A stretch of 64,000 bases of DNA from Haliotis rubra. Lineage: Eukaryota. The position numbers and the translations under genes were made by a program. The notes beneath the pieces are model-generated. The model made no database searches. It had not been told where the DNA came from and saw only the letters and a list, made by a program, of their open reading frames with translations. Position 1 is the first letter of the stretch. Each line of letters opens with the position of its first letter. This document shows, piece after piece, positions 29,465-53,802 of this stretch. The stretch covers positions 1,550,001-1,614,000 of the forward strand of contig NW_025765214.1 in assembly GCF_003918875.1 (NCBI RefSeq). Reading direction: 5' to 3'.

Positions 29465-32400
29465 CTATATACTGAAACTCTCCCCACACCCACATGTCCC
29501 TGTAATGTTGGGGTTGTTGAACACAAACTCTGAAGACAGTTTTGATTCAATAAAGTCCATCTCAGTTCCCAGCAGCGTCAGCTGAGCCTTGGAGTCGATG
29601 TAAACCTTCACACCTGGAATACAGAGGGAGAAGTGGTGTTCTGTGATTGGGATAATGAGTGAGTGAGTTTGGTTTTACGCCATTTTAGCACTATTCCAGC
29701 AATGACATGGCAGAGGACACCAGAAATGGGCTTCACACATTGTACCCATGTGGGGAATCCAGTCTAAGTAAACTTAGGCTCAGTATTATTCGTTACACCA
29801 CTATACTGAGTCTAACAAAACCTTGTGGAAGGTCGCGTCAGCTAACCTTTTTTGAGCAACCTATGATCGTCCAATCAAACGCAAGACGGTTGAAAGGATT
29901 TAACCAATCAGACAACAGCTACTATTTAGGGTTTGGCGGGACTTACAAAATGGATATTCTCTTCCCGGTCGCCAACACTGATCTCCCAACAAACGAAAAC
30001 CCTCATGAAACACAGATATTTGACCTGCAGTATATACGCTTTGGGGTTTCTGTTGACAAGGTTATCATTAGCTAATATTCCCGCAAGCTGACAACCTTGA
30101 ATACTGACAAAACGCTATTTTCAGAGACTGTTCACTCACGGTTGTGGCGTGCTCCATGTGCATCAGTCGGAAGCGATCGTACGGAAAATAGCATTCGGAA
30201 TCGTTCGGGTACAAACTTTTTTCGAGGTAAAAGTTCAAAAGGTATGTGCGAATGTCAATTTTCGCGATTGGTCAGCTGTGTTCTGATTGGTCAATTGAAA
30301 AGGTTATCTGACACGACCTTCTACTAGGTCTTGTTAGACTCAGTATAGCAGTGTAACGAATAACACTGAGCCTAAGTTTACTTAGACTGGTGGGGAATCA
30401 TACCCAGGTCATCAGCGTGACAAGCGAACGCTTTAACCACTAGGCTACCCTACCGCCCCGGATTGGAATAAATAGAGGTTATTGGCCAAGTCCGTTCTTA
30501 TATCACACATCATATATCAGGGTGCCGGTGTACAAAACAACCTTAGCGCAAAGATTACCTTAAGTCTATGTTAAGGTATATGAGTTAGGTCACCTTTACG
30601 CTAAGATCGCTTTGTACAACGGCACCCTGGAACACAAATGTATTATGGACCTGTTGGCCTCAAAATACACATAACTTGCCTTTTCTGCTTCAGAATCCAA
30701 ATAAACATGATCAGGACTTTTGGGGATAAAGACTGTTCAGACATACGCAGAATTCATGGATCATGTGAAACTTTGCAGTTAGCATGTTATAAAGAAGGAC
30801 AACCATGACTGGATGAATAAATTCTTTATTACAGTGAAAGTAACATTTCGGTGTTGGTTTTAACACCATCATCAAACAAGTGAGTGCTTACACCAAAACA
30901 CTGCTTTCACTATAATAAAGAAGTTGTCCATCCATATATTGTTATCCTTCCTTATTGCTTCAACTTCTAAATGCCTCAAAGAAGTCACCATTATGTTGAT
31001 CTATCATGAACAAGATCGAAAGCATTGCAGCTGCTGTAGTTTCACCACAATGCTACTGCCTGAGTACAGGCCTTGTTTATAGAAATATTTACAATGAAAT
31101 TCCAATCAGATTTGATTGTGTCGTTTAGTATCCAATACGCTCAAATTTAATTTAGAACCAAACAGATCTATTGCAAAAGGTCAGATAATATTTTGGCAAA
31201 TTGATACACATGTAGAATTAAAACATGAATAAAACAACAAGTGCATCATCTGGATAATTAGTGCATATAATGGATGTAATATTCATGTAGCCATTGGCTG
31301 AATACATTATTCGGATTTGTAACATATTTATTGAGAACAGTGTAACTTAACATAACTATAACTAACATAAATAATCTACAAGATTTTCCAGTTTGTACAT
31401 TTAACATTTTTCAACCAATCAGTACACACCACACACAGCTATACACTTACAACACAATTAAACACTGCCAGTCATGCTTGACAGCTCATCCAAAGTGTGT
31501 CAATTCAATATTAACTATCTGAATATCCTTATCTGTAACACCATGGTTAAATAATGGGGCTGTTTCATTATGGTAGTATCATGAACATCACAACAGGCAT
31601 CACAGCTGTGTGGTATTGATTTGGGGACCTACATCTGAACACATTGTAATTTACATTGTCGATTGTCAAAAACATGCATTCTGTTCATAGTATATCTATG
31701 TGAGAAAAAGATTTCATTATAAATAATGTATATATATTTAACAATACTCATTTCTAGGACAGTTTTTTCAATCCTGTCTCCATGATTACATTCAAATCAG
31801 ATCTTAGACCTCACTGCTGCTACACAAAGCTTTGTTTAGCAGTACAGAGCACTATGATCTGATTTTAATGAGCTTGCATGGACATCACAATACTGCAGCA
31901 ATATTCCAGCTATAGCACAGTGACTGGGACACATCGAGGCAAGTGAGTGGTCGAGAATAGCAAGAACTGTTGTCCACTGATTTATGAGTATGGAAGAGAA
32001 ACTGCATTTCCAATAAAAATATTACATATATATTCCGACAACAATAACTAATAAATAGAGGATATTATATGAGTGCCCATGTCATACTATGTTTACGACA
32101 CGAGTGTCGTAAATATAGTATGATATGGGCACTCATATAATATTCTGTTTATTACCGAAGTCGTCAAATTGAGGAAAATAAACCCAAATCTACTTTCAAA
32201 CACAGGCTGGCTACCCGCCGTCGCCGCATGTAGAACGCAACGTCACAGAAGAAAGGTGATGTCATAGCCTTGTTCATGATGTCACGTCACCATGACAAAG
32301 TGATATTTTGCCCTAGGGCATCATATGAAAAATATGAACCCCGATATGTTCGCCATCGTAGGTAATAAAGACTGTTAACTTGTCACACCTGAGACATATG

Positions 32401-35027
32401 TGATTCTATCCAGTGGACTTGGTGATCATTATTTAGGAAACAAATGTGAACAGTAGCCTGAATGACCTCCTCATCAAACTTCCCCTTCAGGGCCCCTGTT
32501 TCACAAAGCTCTCATAAGCCTAAGATCTTGTAGCTTTTTTCGTAGCATTCATTCGTACCTCCTATACTGTAACACAGGAGGTACGAATGCTATGAGGAAA
32601 GTTACGAGATCTTCGGCTTACGAGAGCTTTGTGAAACGGGGCCCTGATTATTATTATGTGATTCTATCCAGTGGACTTGGAGACCATGATTAAGATAAGA
32701 AGGTGAATAGTTACCATCCTTAACGACCATCAACAAACTTCCCCTTCAGATTATTATTATTTGACTCTATCCAGTGGGAGTTCATGACCATGATTAAGAT
32801 AAGAATGTGAATAGTTACCATCCTGAACGACCTCTTCATCAAATTTCCCCTTTTCACTGACATAGTCTAGCGTGTAGGACAGTCCATTACAACCCACGGG
32901 TCTTCACTCCTATCTTCACGCCCATCTGAAATCAAGGTTTCACAGTCAAGAGAGACTAGCATGTGTGTAACAAGTAGGAGAATATCAATTATTTCTGGAT
33001 CACCTCCATGGCATAGTGGGTAGACCACATGATCACTGAAGATACATTAGATAATCAAGGATCTTATGTTGAGTCACAGGTCTAGAACCTGTGAATGTGT
33101 ATATGTTACATGGAATAAATTACGATTTTTTTAGGGACTATGAAGGATAAATTCAGAGCACCATACCATTTCTGGCTTGTTTTCCATAAGTTGTTTCAAC
33201 TTGCCGACAGCAGATTGTGTCTGAAAGAAAGTGAATAAACAGGTGAAGGAATAAGACACCCTTTTTTCATCTGAAATGTAACTTCTAAATAAAGGCTCTA
33301 TTATTTAAGTCTGAAATAATTCGCAATGTAGCTGTGGTAACAGCAGCCCTCATTTGCTTACTGTAACTATCACTCAAGGTGTTACATTTGGGGCCCATAA
33401 GCATGATAAGGAAAGGGTGTCAATAACCACTGTAGGGTTTACGTGTGAAATGATACAGCAAGGCTACAACATGATGATACATAGGTCACAATACACATAT
33501 TCAAGCCAAAATGCATGGACACTTCATGACTGTAAATATTTCAGAGCAGGTTTGCTAGGAAAACATAGCTGTAGACCCACATTCCTCATGGCTTTTTCTT
33601 GTAGTATAATTGAAACAATGATTACAATATTATTGCAATATTTGACTGACAAGATTTGAGGTCGGAAGTGTCATTAAGCAAGCAAAGTAAACATTTCAGC
33701 AAGTGTATCATCTTGTATCAAAGCAGAAAAACACCCATTCTGTATCACGGGTGCTTAAAAACTCATGATGCATCGGTACAGCTGTGTATCATTTAATGCT
33801 TAGTAGGACTTAGAGTACACTTCTACCATGTCTACATCTCAAATTGGCAACAAAAGAATTTCATAGTAAATTAACTTTGAATATGGACTCCAAAGTAAAA
33901 ACAAAACAGGTTTGATGCATATTTGTTATCCCATTGATTGTACATCATCATGGCAATCTACATGATATATGTACTTTAGCAGAGCAGTCTATCATAATAG
34001 GCACACCAGATCATCATCATCATAAACTTATATAAACTGCCTATTTTGCACCATGTCAGCAAGCTTCTGCCATATCAACATGGACATCTTGAACATGTTC
34101 AATACCATAGAAATAAAAAATAACAAACAACATTGCTACAATGATGCTTTTCCATAAAGCTTAAGAACTAATGATAATTGTCCCATGTTATTCTGCTCTG
34201 CAGCCTTGGTGTTGACAGTGACAATAAATAATGTTAATACTCATGAAGCCTTAGAAGATAATATTAACTAATTAAGTTACTGTTGTGTCAATGAGCAAGA
34301 ACATGGATGCAGAGCAATCTAATATAGATTTTAAACAAAGAAAAACTATAACAAACATGACCCTGGCTTGAAATAAATCATATCATGTGTGAACACATAA
34401 AAACAAGCAGTATGAGTCAAAGTTTAAGCAATTTTCGTAAATCCATGAACCAGTAAACTTTGCATTTTCGTGTAAATTGTGTTGTTTCCCCCTTGTGTCC
34501 CTGTTAATCAAATCCAGGAATGATCACTGGTGTCTTACAAGATTTTCTGTGAGAAAATGGGTCACTACTTTCAGAGGAAGTTTTATTTAAGGAGAAGAAA
34601 ATGAAATCGTAAAACACGCTAAATGCAGACAGAACCAGTTTGAATGTCTTTCAAAGAAGAATCAGTTTGGTTATCTTGTAAGCAACAACAGGATTCAGGC
34701 GGTACAAAAATGCATGTCATGCCAGGTGTTATCAAGCCTTAATGTTGTTACAATTATACACAGACACGCTTTCTATCTGTCATGTGAGACACGTAAGTTA
34801 CGTAAACATTTCATCATGAATAATAACAAATGAGAACGATATTTTGACCTCACCGAAGCATGTTATAAACTCTCTGGATAACTTAGGAAGATAAAAAGCA
34901 GTCTAAAATAGAATAATGTGTAACTACAATATGTCCCTCTTACCAAAACAAGCGGAGCTCGTTGAGGTATAAGCCGTTTTGATGTGACAGCTCTGACTGT
35001 GGCCCGACCAATCGCCCTGGCGGCCAT
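29465..35027 (-). CDS. ISCA1: Iron-sulfur cluster assembly 1 homolog, mitochondrial (A-type carrier); 4 exons, apparent +1 frameshift in exon 3
   Basis: Exons 34944-35027 (MAARAIGRATVRAV.., Arg-rich presequence-like), 33167-33220 (TQSAVGKLKQL..), 32819-32925 (GVKIGVKTRG[fs]CNGLSYTLDY..DEEVVQD), 29465-29613 (GVKVYIDSKAQLTLLGTEMDF..NPNITGTCGCGESFSI*). Confidence 0.93.
29760..30389. mobile_element. Long-TIR MITE inserted inside a family A SINE
   Basis: TIRs of at least 90 bp (CAGTCTAAGTAAACTTAGGCTCAG..). TSD GTGGGGAATC (8-10 bp depending on boundary). The SINE halves flank it. Confidence 0.88.
32398..32852 (-). repeat. About 100-bp triplication of the ISCA1 exon 3 3' end plus donor, with a MITE between two copies
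   Basis: Related units at about 32398-32489, 32647-32750 and 32750-32852, each resembling TATCCAGTGG..GTGAATAGTTACCATCC..CAAA(C/T)TTCCCC. Confidence 0.85.
32488..32646. mobile_element. Small palindromic MITE; similar architecture at 30518-30629 and around 35324-35390/35940-36033
   Basis: CAGGG(G)CCCCTGTTTCACAAAGCTCTC..GAGAGCTTTGTGAAACGGGGCCCTG. Confidence 0.78.
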
Positions 35028-35063
35028 CTTGTTTCTGTTGAACGAAGGGCAAAGCACTTTGCT

Positions 35064-36095
35064 TGAGAGACTTTTCATTGCAATTACCAGCTCCAAACAA
35101 ACATCCACTCATAGGTGTCCAACCGAACACGAATGACGCAGATAGGCTACCTGCTCTGTAGCGACTACCATGGATTCTAGCATTCTAATATTTGCTTTTA
35201 AACAGGGAAAAAATCAACATAAGAAAATAACAACATGCATTAACATTTCTTTCTCTTTACTGTTTAATAATAGCAGGGAGACTATATAAGGGGGTAGAGT
35301 ATCCCTGATAATGTAGGGGCCACTGGGCCTAGATTTTCGAAGCTCTCTTAGCGCTAAGATAGTCGTAAGTGCCATACATTAACATTAACGTACGTATCTC
35401 TTTCAGTGAGCGAGTGAGTTCAGTTTTACGCTGCACTCAGCAATATTCCAGCTGTATGGCTGTGAACCAGAAAATCCATGGATCAACAGCATGAGCATCA
35501 ATCTACGCAATAGGGATAGTGTTGTCTATACAGGAATATTACTTTTGCTCTTATCAGTTTACTAATGGAACATTTATCAGAAATATTTCTGTATGATATT
35601 TTATGAAGAAATAATAATTTGATCACCTTTTTGACCAAATTTGAGAGACTTTTCATTGCAATTACCAGCTCCAAACAAACATCCACTCATTAGGTGTCAG
35701 AACCGAACACGAATGACGCAGATAGGCTACCTGCTCTGTAGCGACTACATGGATTCTAGCATTCTAATATTTGCTTTTGTACAGGGAAAGAATCAACATA
35801 AGAAAATGTAACAAAAGACATATTAACATTTCTTTCTCTTTACTGTTTAATAATAGCAACGACCACTGGGACCAATCGCGTTATATAGGTTTATAATGTG
35901 ATGATTCAGTCCATTAGATTTGAGGTTCAACGTCTTCTTTTGCGCTAAGATAGTCGTAAGTTTTACGCCATACATTAATATATTAACGTACGACTATCTT
36001 AGCACTAAGAGAGCTTCGAAAATCTAGGCCCAGTTATCTCTTTCAGTGAGTGAGTGAGTTCAGTTTTATGCCGCACTCAGCAATATTCCAGCTGC
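35064..36095. repeat. Imperfect direct duplication in the ISCA1/RTCA divergent promoter region
   Basis: 35064-35278 recurs at 35642-35857 (TTGAGAGACTTTTCATTGC..AATAGCA). Both copies are followed by the same MITE and SINE-tail fragments. Confidence 0.9.
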
Positions 36096-36571
36096 ATTCC
36101 TACTATATCCACTTGACCACCAAGTGAAGCAGACACAAACATTTTGTACCAGAAATATAATCGTATTAAATATATGTAAATATAGATCTATATGGATTCT
36201 AAATATTATAATGGCACACAGAACACTAATGGTCTGTTCCAAATCATCCTAGACCTGGGCTGTATTCATGTGTCATCCAATAACTATACAATAACAACAA
36301 CTACAGCAGACAGAGAACGTGGACTAAGACAGGAAGAGTGATGTCGAGCCGACAAGTGTAGATTCGCATAACGTTTAGTAGGAGAACTTATATCGCCTGT
36401 AAACGAGTGCTAGAATCTGTTTACAGCGCATGCCGAAATAAACAGGAAGTAGAAGTCCACGTTTTCTGTCTGCTGGAGTGATTGCACATCGATGACACAA
36501 GACATCACAAATCCGACACTCTGACCACGAATAAATTTTTCCACAGACTGTATAACTTGCCAAGAATAACT

Positions 36572-48480
<11,909 letters not shown>

Positions 48481-49496
48481 TGCGTGTTTGATAGTTCAAG
48501 TTGTGTAACAAGCTTCAGCCGTCCACAGACCTACCTGTGTTATAATAAGAAATGGACCCTGTAAACTCTCAGCTTCTTAAGGGAAGACTCACCAGTCTGG
48601 TGCACTTCGTAAAGGTGGATTCATCAGTCCTGTCCTGTAGATCACTCCAATATGTGTGCTACTGCTGCATTTAGGATGACAGGATTTGCAGACCAGTTTT
48701 GTCCCTACTGTTAAGTCCATCTGTACAGTGGAACATGTTGTTGCTATTATTGTACAACAACTATTTACTCTTAAAATTATTACAACTTCAGAGGTTCTTG
48801 ATACAGTTATAGTTATTTCTAATATGTAATAAGACACAGTCATGCAAACATGTCTAGCCGAGTTCTCTACTATTTATAGTGCAGGTATAAACTTAAGTGC
48901 AGCCAAAATTGTGGACAATTGGTTGTCTTAGTTGAAACAGGGCTCAGCTAACCAACTTGGTGGTGTCCAGATTTGTTTCCTTCACCAACAAAACTGACAA
49001 AAATGGGTTTCCTCCTAGTCTGTCAAAGTAAATATGGTGCATTTTTTCACAAACTGTGTGTTATATATGAGCCATAAAGACCATGTGTAAGAAACAGTAT
49101 TTATTATTATTTTAGCAAATGGTGTAATTACATGAATATGTATGTAATTCATGATAATGTATGCAGTAAGTGAAGATTTGTTTTGAAAGCATTATAAGTT
49201 GTTGATTTGAACTGAGAATGTTCCACTTTGTTTTAATTGTTTAGTCCTTTTTTCAAGTATTTATCATGAAATAAATGCTTTACACAACCATGAATTATTT
49301 GTTTGAAAATTCTAACTTATATTTTGAATGTATGTGGAACATGTGTTTTGTTTATTTGTGGTTTAACCCCAGAGTCAGCAATATTCCAGCTACATGATGG
49401 CGGTCTGTAAATGATGAACAATTTGCTATGCAATGAGGTTACGAGGACGTGTTTCAGCAAGTTAAAGACCAATCCTATTCAGAGCTTCATGGAAGA

Positions 49497-49663
49497 GGGG
49501 CGGTGGGGTAGCCTGATGGTTAAAGCGTTTGCTCGTCACGCCTAAGACCCGGGTTCGATTCCCCACATGGGTACAATGTGTGAAGCCCATTTCTGGTGTC
49601 CCCCGCCGTGATATTGCTGGAATATTGCTAAAAGCGGCATAAAACCAAACTCACTCACTCACT
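49497..49663 (+). mobile_element. SINE family A
   Basis: Near-consensus copy with TSD CTTCATGGAAGA. Confidence 0.9.
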
Positions 49664-50499
49664 CTTCATGGAAGATGGAGCATATGTGGTGAACTGACTT
49701 TATGGTAGTGATTTGGAGGGCAGTGATATTAAGCATGTCTCAGTCCTTGCTGCCTGTGGGTACCAGAGCGGTAGAAGCTACCCCACCTGGTCTGTTCGAT
49801 GTTATGTTGTTGATTCACAGCATCCACTGGCTATTGTGTGAGTGAGTGAGTGAGTTAAAATTTAACGTCACACCAGCAATATTTCAGCCATATCGTGATG
49901 AGAACAAAGTTAGTTTTGAAGTGGAATATATGTATATTATAAAAACTGTCGACGAAGGACAGTAAAACAACTAGAATATCACAATTAGAATTAAAACTAG
50001 CATGGAAAGTTTAAAACTAATAGCACTATTAGGACAATACAATATCACTGGCTATTGAGGCCAGATTTGGACTTGAGCCGGTTTTACGGCATTCTTAACA
50101 CATACATCATTTGTACATATTAAAAATTGTATATTTTATCTCTCATATACTATCTCTGACATGTTGTGTGAGAATATTCAAATTGAATTAAGCTGATGTA
50201 TTTTTTGCATTTAACATTGCTTTTAAGGATTTTGTCTTACGATCCCAATATGCATAATTGTGTCCCATACAAATGTTATTTTGGTGCAGTTGGTCTCAGG
50301 TATACTGACCGTTGCCTTGCCATTCCTGTCATAGTAATGTCTGTGCCTGACCTCACTGGTATGTCTGATAGCAGCTGCAACCTCACTGGTTATTGTTAAA
50401 TAATAATTGAAGATGGGCTTCTGCTTGAGTGGCGAAACCCATTTTGTATTTATCTGAACACGGCGTGTCCGAGACCGGAATTTATCTAGACCATCCATG

Positions 50500-51198
50500 A
50501 CTGTTATTTGGGTTTATCCAGTTTATGATGGTCTTTGGCTGCTTTGTCCGTCTGTTACTTGGGTTTATCCAGTTTATGATGGTCTTTGGCTGCTTTGTCC
50601 GTCCGTTATTTGGGTTTATCCAGTTTATGATGGTCTTTGTCCGTCTGTTATTTGGGTTTATCCAGTTTATGATGGTCTTTGGCTGCTTTGTCCGTCCGTT
50701 ATTTGGGTTTATCCAGTTTATGATGGTCTTTGGCTGCTTTGTCCGTCTGTTATTTGGGTTTATCCAGTTTATGATGGTCTTTGGCTGCTTTGTCCGTCCG
50801 TTATTTGGGTTATCCAGTTTATGATGGTCTTTGGCTGCTTTGTCCGTCCTGTTATTTGGGTTTATCCAGTTTATGATGGTCTTTGTCCGTTTGTTATTTG
50901 GGTTTATCCAGTTTATGATGGTCTTTGGCTGCTTTGTCCGTCCGTTATTTGGGTTTATCCAGTTTATGATGGTCTTTGGCTGCTTTGTCCGTCTGTTATT
51001 TGGGTTTATCCAGTTTATGATGGTCTTTGGCTGCTTTGTCCGTCTGTTATTTGGGTTTATCCAGTTTATGATGGTCTTTGGCTGCTTTGTCCGTCTGTTA
51101 TTTGGGTTTATCCAGTTTATGATGGTCTTTGGCTGCTTTGTCCGTCTGTTATTTGGGTTTATCCAGTTTATGATGGTCTTTGGCTGCTTTGTCCGTCC
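50500..51198. repeat. 51-bp minisatellite (about 14 copies), intergenic
   Basis: Unit GTTATTTGGGTTTATCCAGTTTATGATGGTCTTTGGCTGCTTTGTCCGTCT, with some 42-bp variants. It explains the overlapping repetitive ORFs. Confidence 0.95.
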
Positions 51199-51489
51199 GC
51201 GAACATCATCTCTTTGGGATGTTTCAGAGGACTTGAAAGCCAATCCAGTGTCCATACCCTTCTCATCATACATGGTCGGTGGGTCATCGTATCCCAATTG
51301 TGTAGGTCGATGCTCATGCTATTGATCACTAGATTTCTGGTCGATTATGTTCAGATAGCTGCCATATAACTGGAATATTGATGAGTGTGGTGTTACACAA
51401 CAAACATTATCAGTGATGACATGGGCAAGATGTGATGGGCATTGTCATCGTGCAATTCAAAATTTCTGTGGATAATTCCAGCAATTGGA

Positions 51490-51826
51490 GACCGCCTCCG
51501 TGGTGTAGTGGTTAGAGCATCCGCCCGGAGAGCGGAAGGTCCCGGGTTCGATCCCCGACCACGTCATGCCAAAAGACGTTAAAATATGGTACGTGTTGGT
51601 CCCTGTCTGGCGCTCGGCATTAATGGGTACAATAAGGACTGGTCGGCTCGGAGTCATTATAATGTGTCTGAGTGGGGTATTCATGCTTCACTGCGGCATG
51701 GTATCTCAGTGGGCTAGCACTATAAAACCAGCTAAAGTCTGGGCTAGTACAAGCAGCAGCACATACCAATACACAGGTCGTCATATGAGCGAAATAGGAC
51801 CTTAAACCCAATTTCACCCCACCACC
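51490..51826 (+). mobile_element. tRNA-derived SINE, family B
   Basis: Homologous copy with TSD TCCAGCAATTGGA. Confidence 0.9.
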
Positions 51827-53635
51827 TCCAGCAATTGGAACAATGGTATGATGCTGAATTTCAGCAACATATCGCTGGTAAGTCAAATGACCTTTGAAAC
51901 TACCCCACACACAGCATTACATGGTTGAGGGAAATGTTGCTTCAGCAGTGCTGGTGTTGCTACATCGCCAACAACATTTTCTGCCATCTGTGAATAGGAG
52001 CTAAGGGACCGTTTTGGCTTAATTTTATGCCTAAAAATTATGGGGATGGGGTTCACTTACTTTGAACATAAATTTGTACATTTGTGCTTCCCCATAAAAA
52101 ATCAGCATCACTTTCCCAGCCATAGATTATGCACAGACGGTCCCTAAAATCCCAATGATGTAACACAACAGGCACACATCAAGTCCCTGGATTTGCGAAA
52201 AACGTCCCGATCCTTGTTGCCTCTGGTAAAAGGGACCGATAATAATTTATGGCTATGGGGGATGATGATGATCTGTATGCAGAAGCATGTACAATGTGAA
52301 TGACACCCTCCCTAATATTTATTTACGTACAAATTAAGTAACCTTCCCTTCCATATCATCTACAAAATCAATGATCTCACCCCGCCTCCCAATATTTTTT
52401 AAGCAGTGTTTAATATTTGTATGTACAAAATTGCTGACCACCCCTACCTCCACAGCACAAAATGGTTAAAATCATCACCTCCTCCCTCCCCCATTCATGG
52501 GACGCCTTGCTGTTAAACTAACATCTTGCTTGACTCTGAAATGAACATATTTTACAGAAAATGTTTACTAGAAATATAACAAAAAGGAGCGCAGAGACCT
52601 CCTTTATTTTCAAAATGTGATAGATCTTGCGCACAGGTGCAACGCCACGATATATTGTAAACGTGCATTTCAACGATAGCTGCATTAAAACAACAGTTCT
52701 CTCATCTATTGTTTGTTAGGACATTGATCTCCCAAGTGGATAGCTGTGTCATAAGTACCCCAAATTTGTTATTTTAGGACTTGTTAGAAACATTTAGTTT
52801 GAACATGGGTATGGATTCGTTCGGTTAAATCAGGGTGTTAGAAACCGGCCCATGTTTCTAGTTTCCTTCGCTCAACATGCATCGCGTCAAGCTTAGCTTT
52901 GTACTCTACAATGTAAATTTAAGAGTTTTATGAGGTGTAAATATGTGAAATTTGATGTAGATTTACAACCAGAATAACATCCAGGAAATATTGTCAGCTG
53001 TTTAATAAATGCTGAAGTGCAATTATGTTTTGAAACTACGCTACGCTCCGTGTAATACCACATGTATGAAACGAGTAAATGGTTTGGTACCTAACGACCG
53101 AAAGCGAGTTAGATACCAATACCGTTGACGAGTTTTAACATGAACCCGGATGGTTTTATGACCTGTTATTCTGAACGAATGAATTTGAATATGCCTCATT
53201 GCTCGTCCTGAAAGACTATCACGTGTGGTGGCTCTTTAATAATCCAGATGCATTTCAGAAATAGAGCCACAAAACGTTCAATAAAATACGAATTTTGTCC
53301 ATTGTATGCTTCTAATTATATCGTGAGGAAGTATTTATGAATGGCTATCATATATACTCAACAAAGTAGAGTGAGTGAGTTAGTTTGGTTTTACGAAGCT
53401 TTTAGCAATATTCCAGCAATATAGGGGAGCAGATAAATGTAACAATTGTTCACTTATGGAAACAAGCATCGAAATTGGAACACACACTCCTGGGGATATC
53501 TCTTTTGATAAAACCCGTTAGCCATTTTGTCATTTTTAAAGATGGCCGCCAGTTGATATACACAAATATTGCATTTCACAATAAAGTCGCAAAGATTTGT
53601 CGTATTTGAATGATAGTGTCAAATCATATCAAGGC

Positions 53636-53802
53636 GGGGCGGTGGGGTAGCCTAGTGGTTAAAGCGTTGGCTCGTCACGCCGAAGACCCGGGTTCGAATC
53701 CCCACATGGGTACAATGTGTGAAGCCCATTTCTGGTGTCCCCCGCCGTGATGTTGCTGGAATATTGCTAAAAGAGGCGTAAAACCAAACTCAGTCACTCA
53801 GT
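53636..53802 (+). mobile_element. SINE family A
   Basis: Consensus match with TSD TCATATCAAGGC. Confidence 0.9.

Noticed and set aside
50482-51369. Long repetitive ORFs (271, 290 and 164 aa) as real genes
   Set aside because: They result from a 51-bp (3n) unit that is stop-free in several frames on both strands. The ORF ends run into a SINE fragment.
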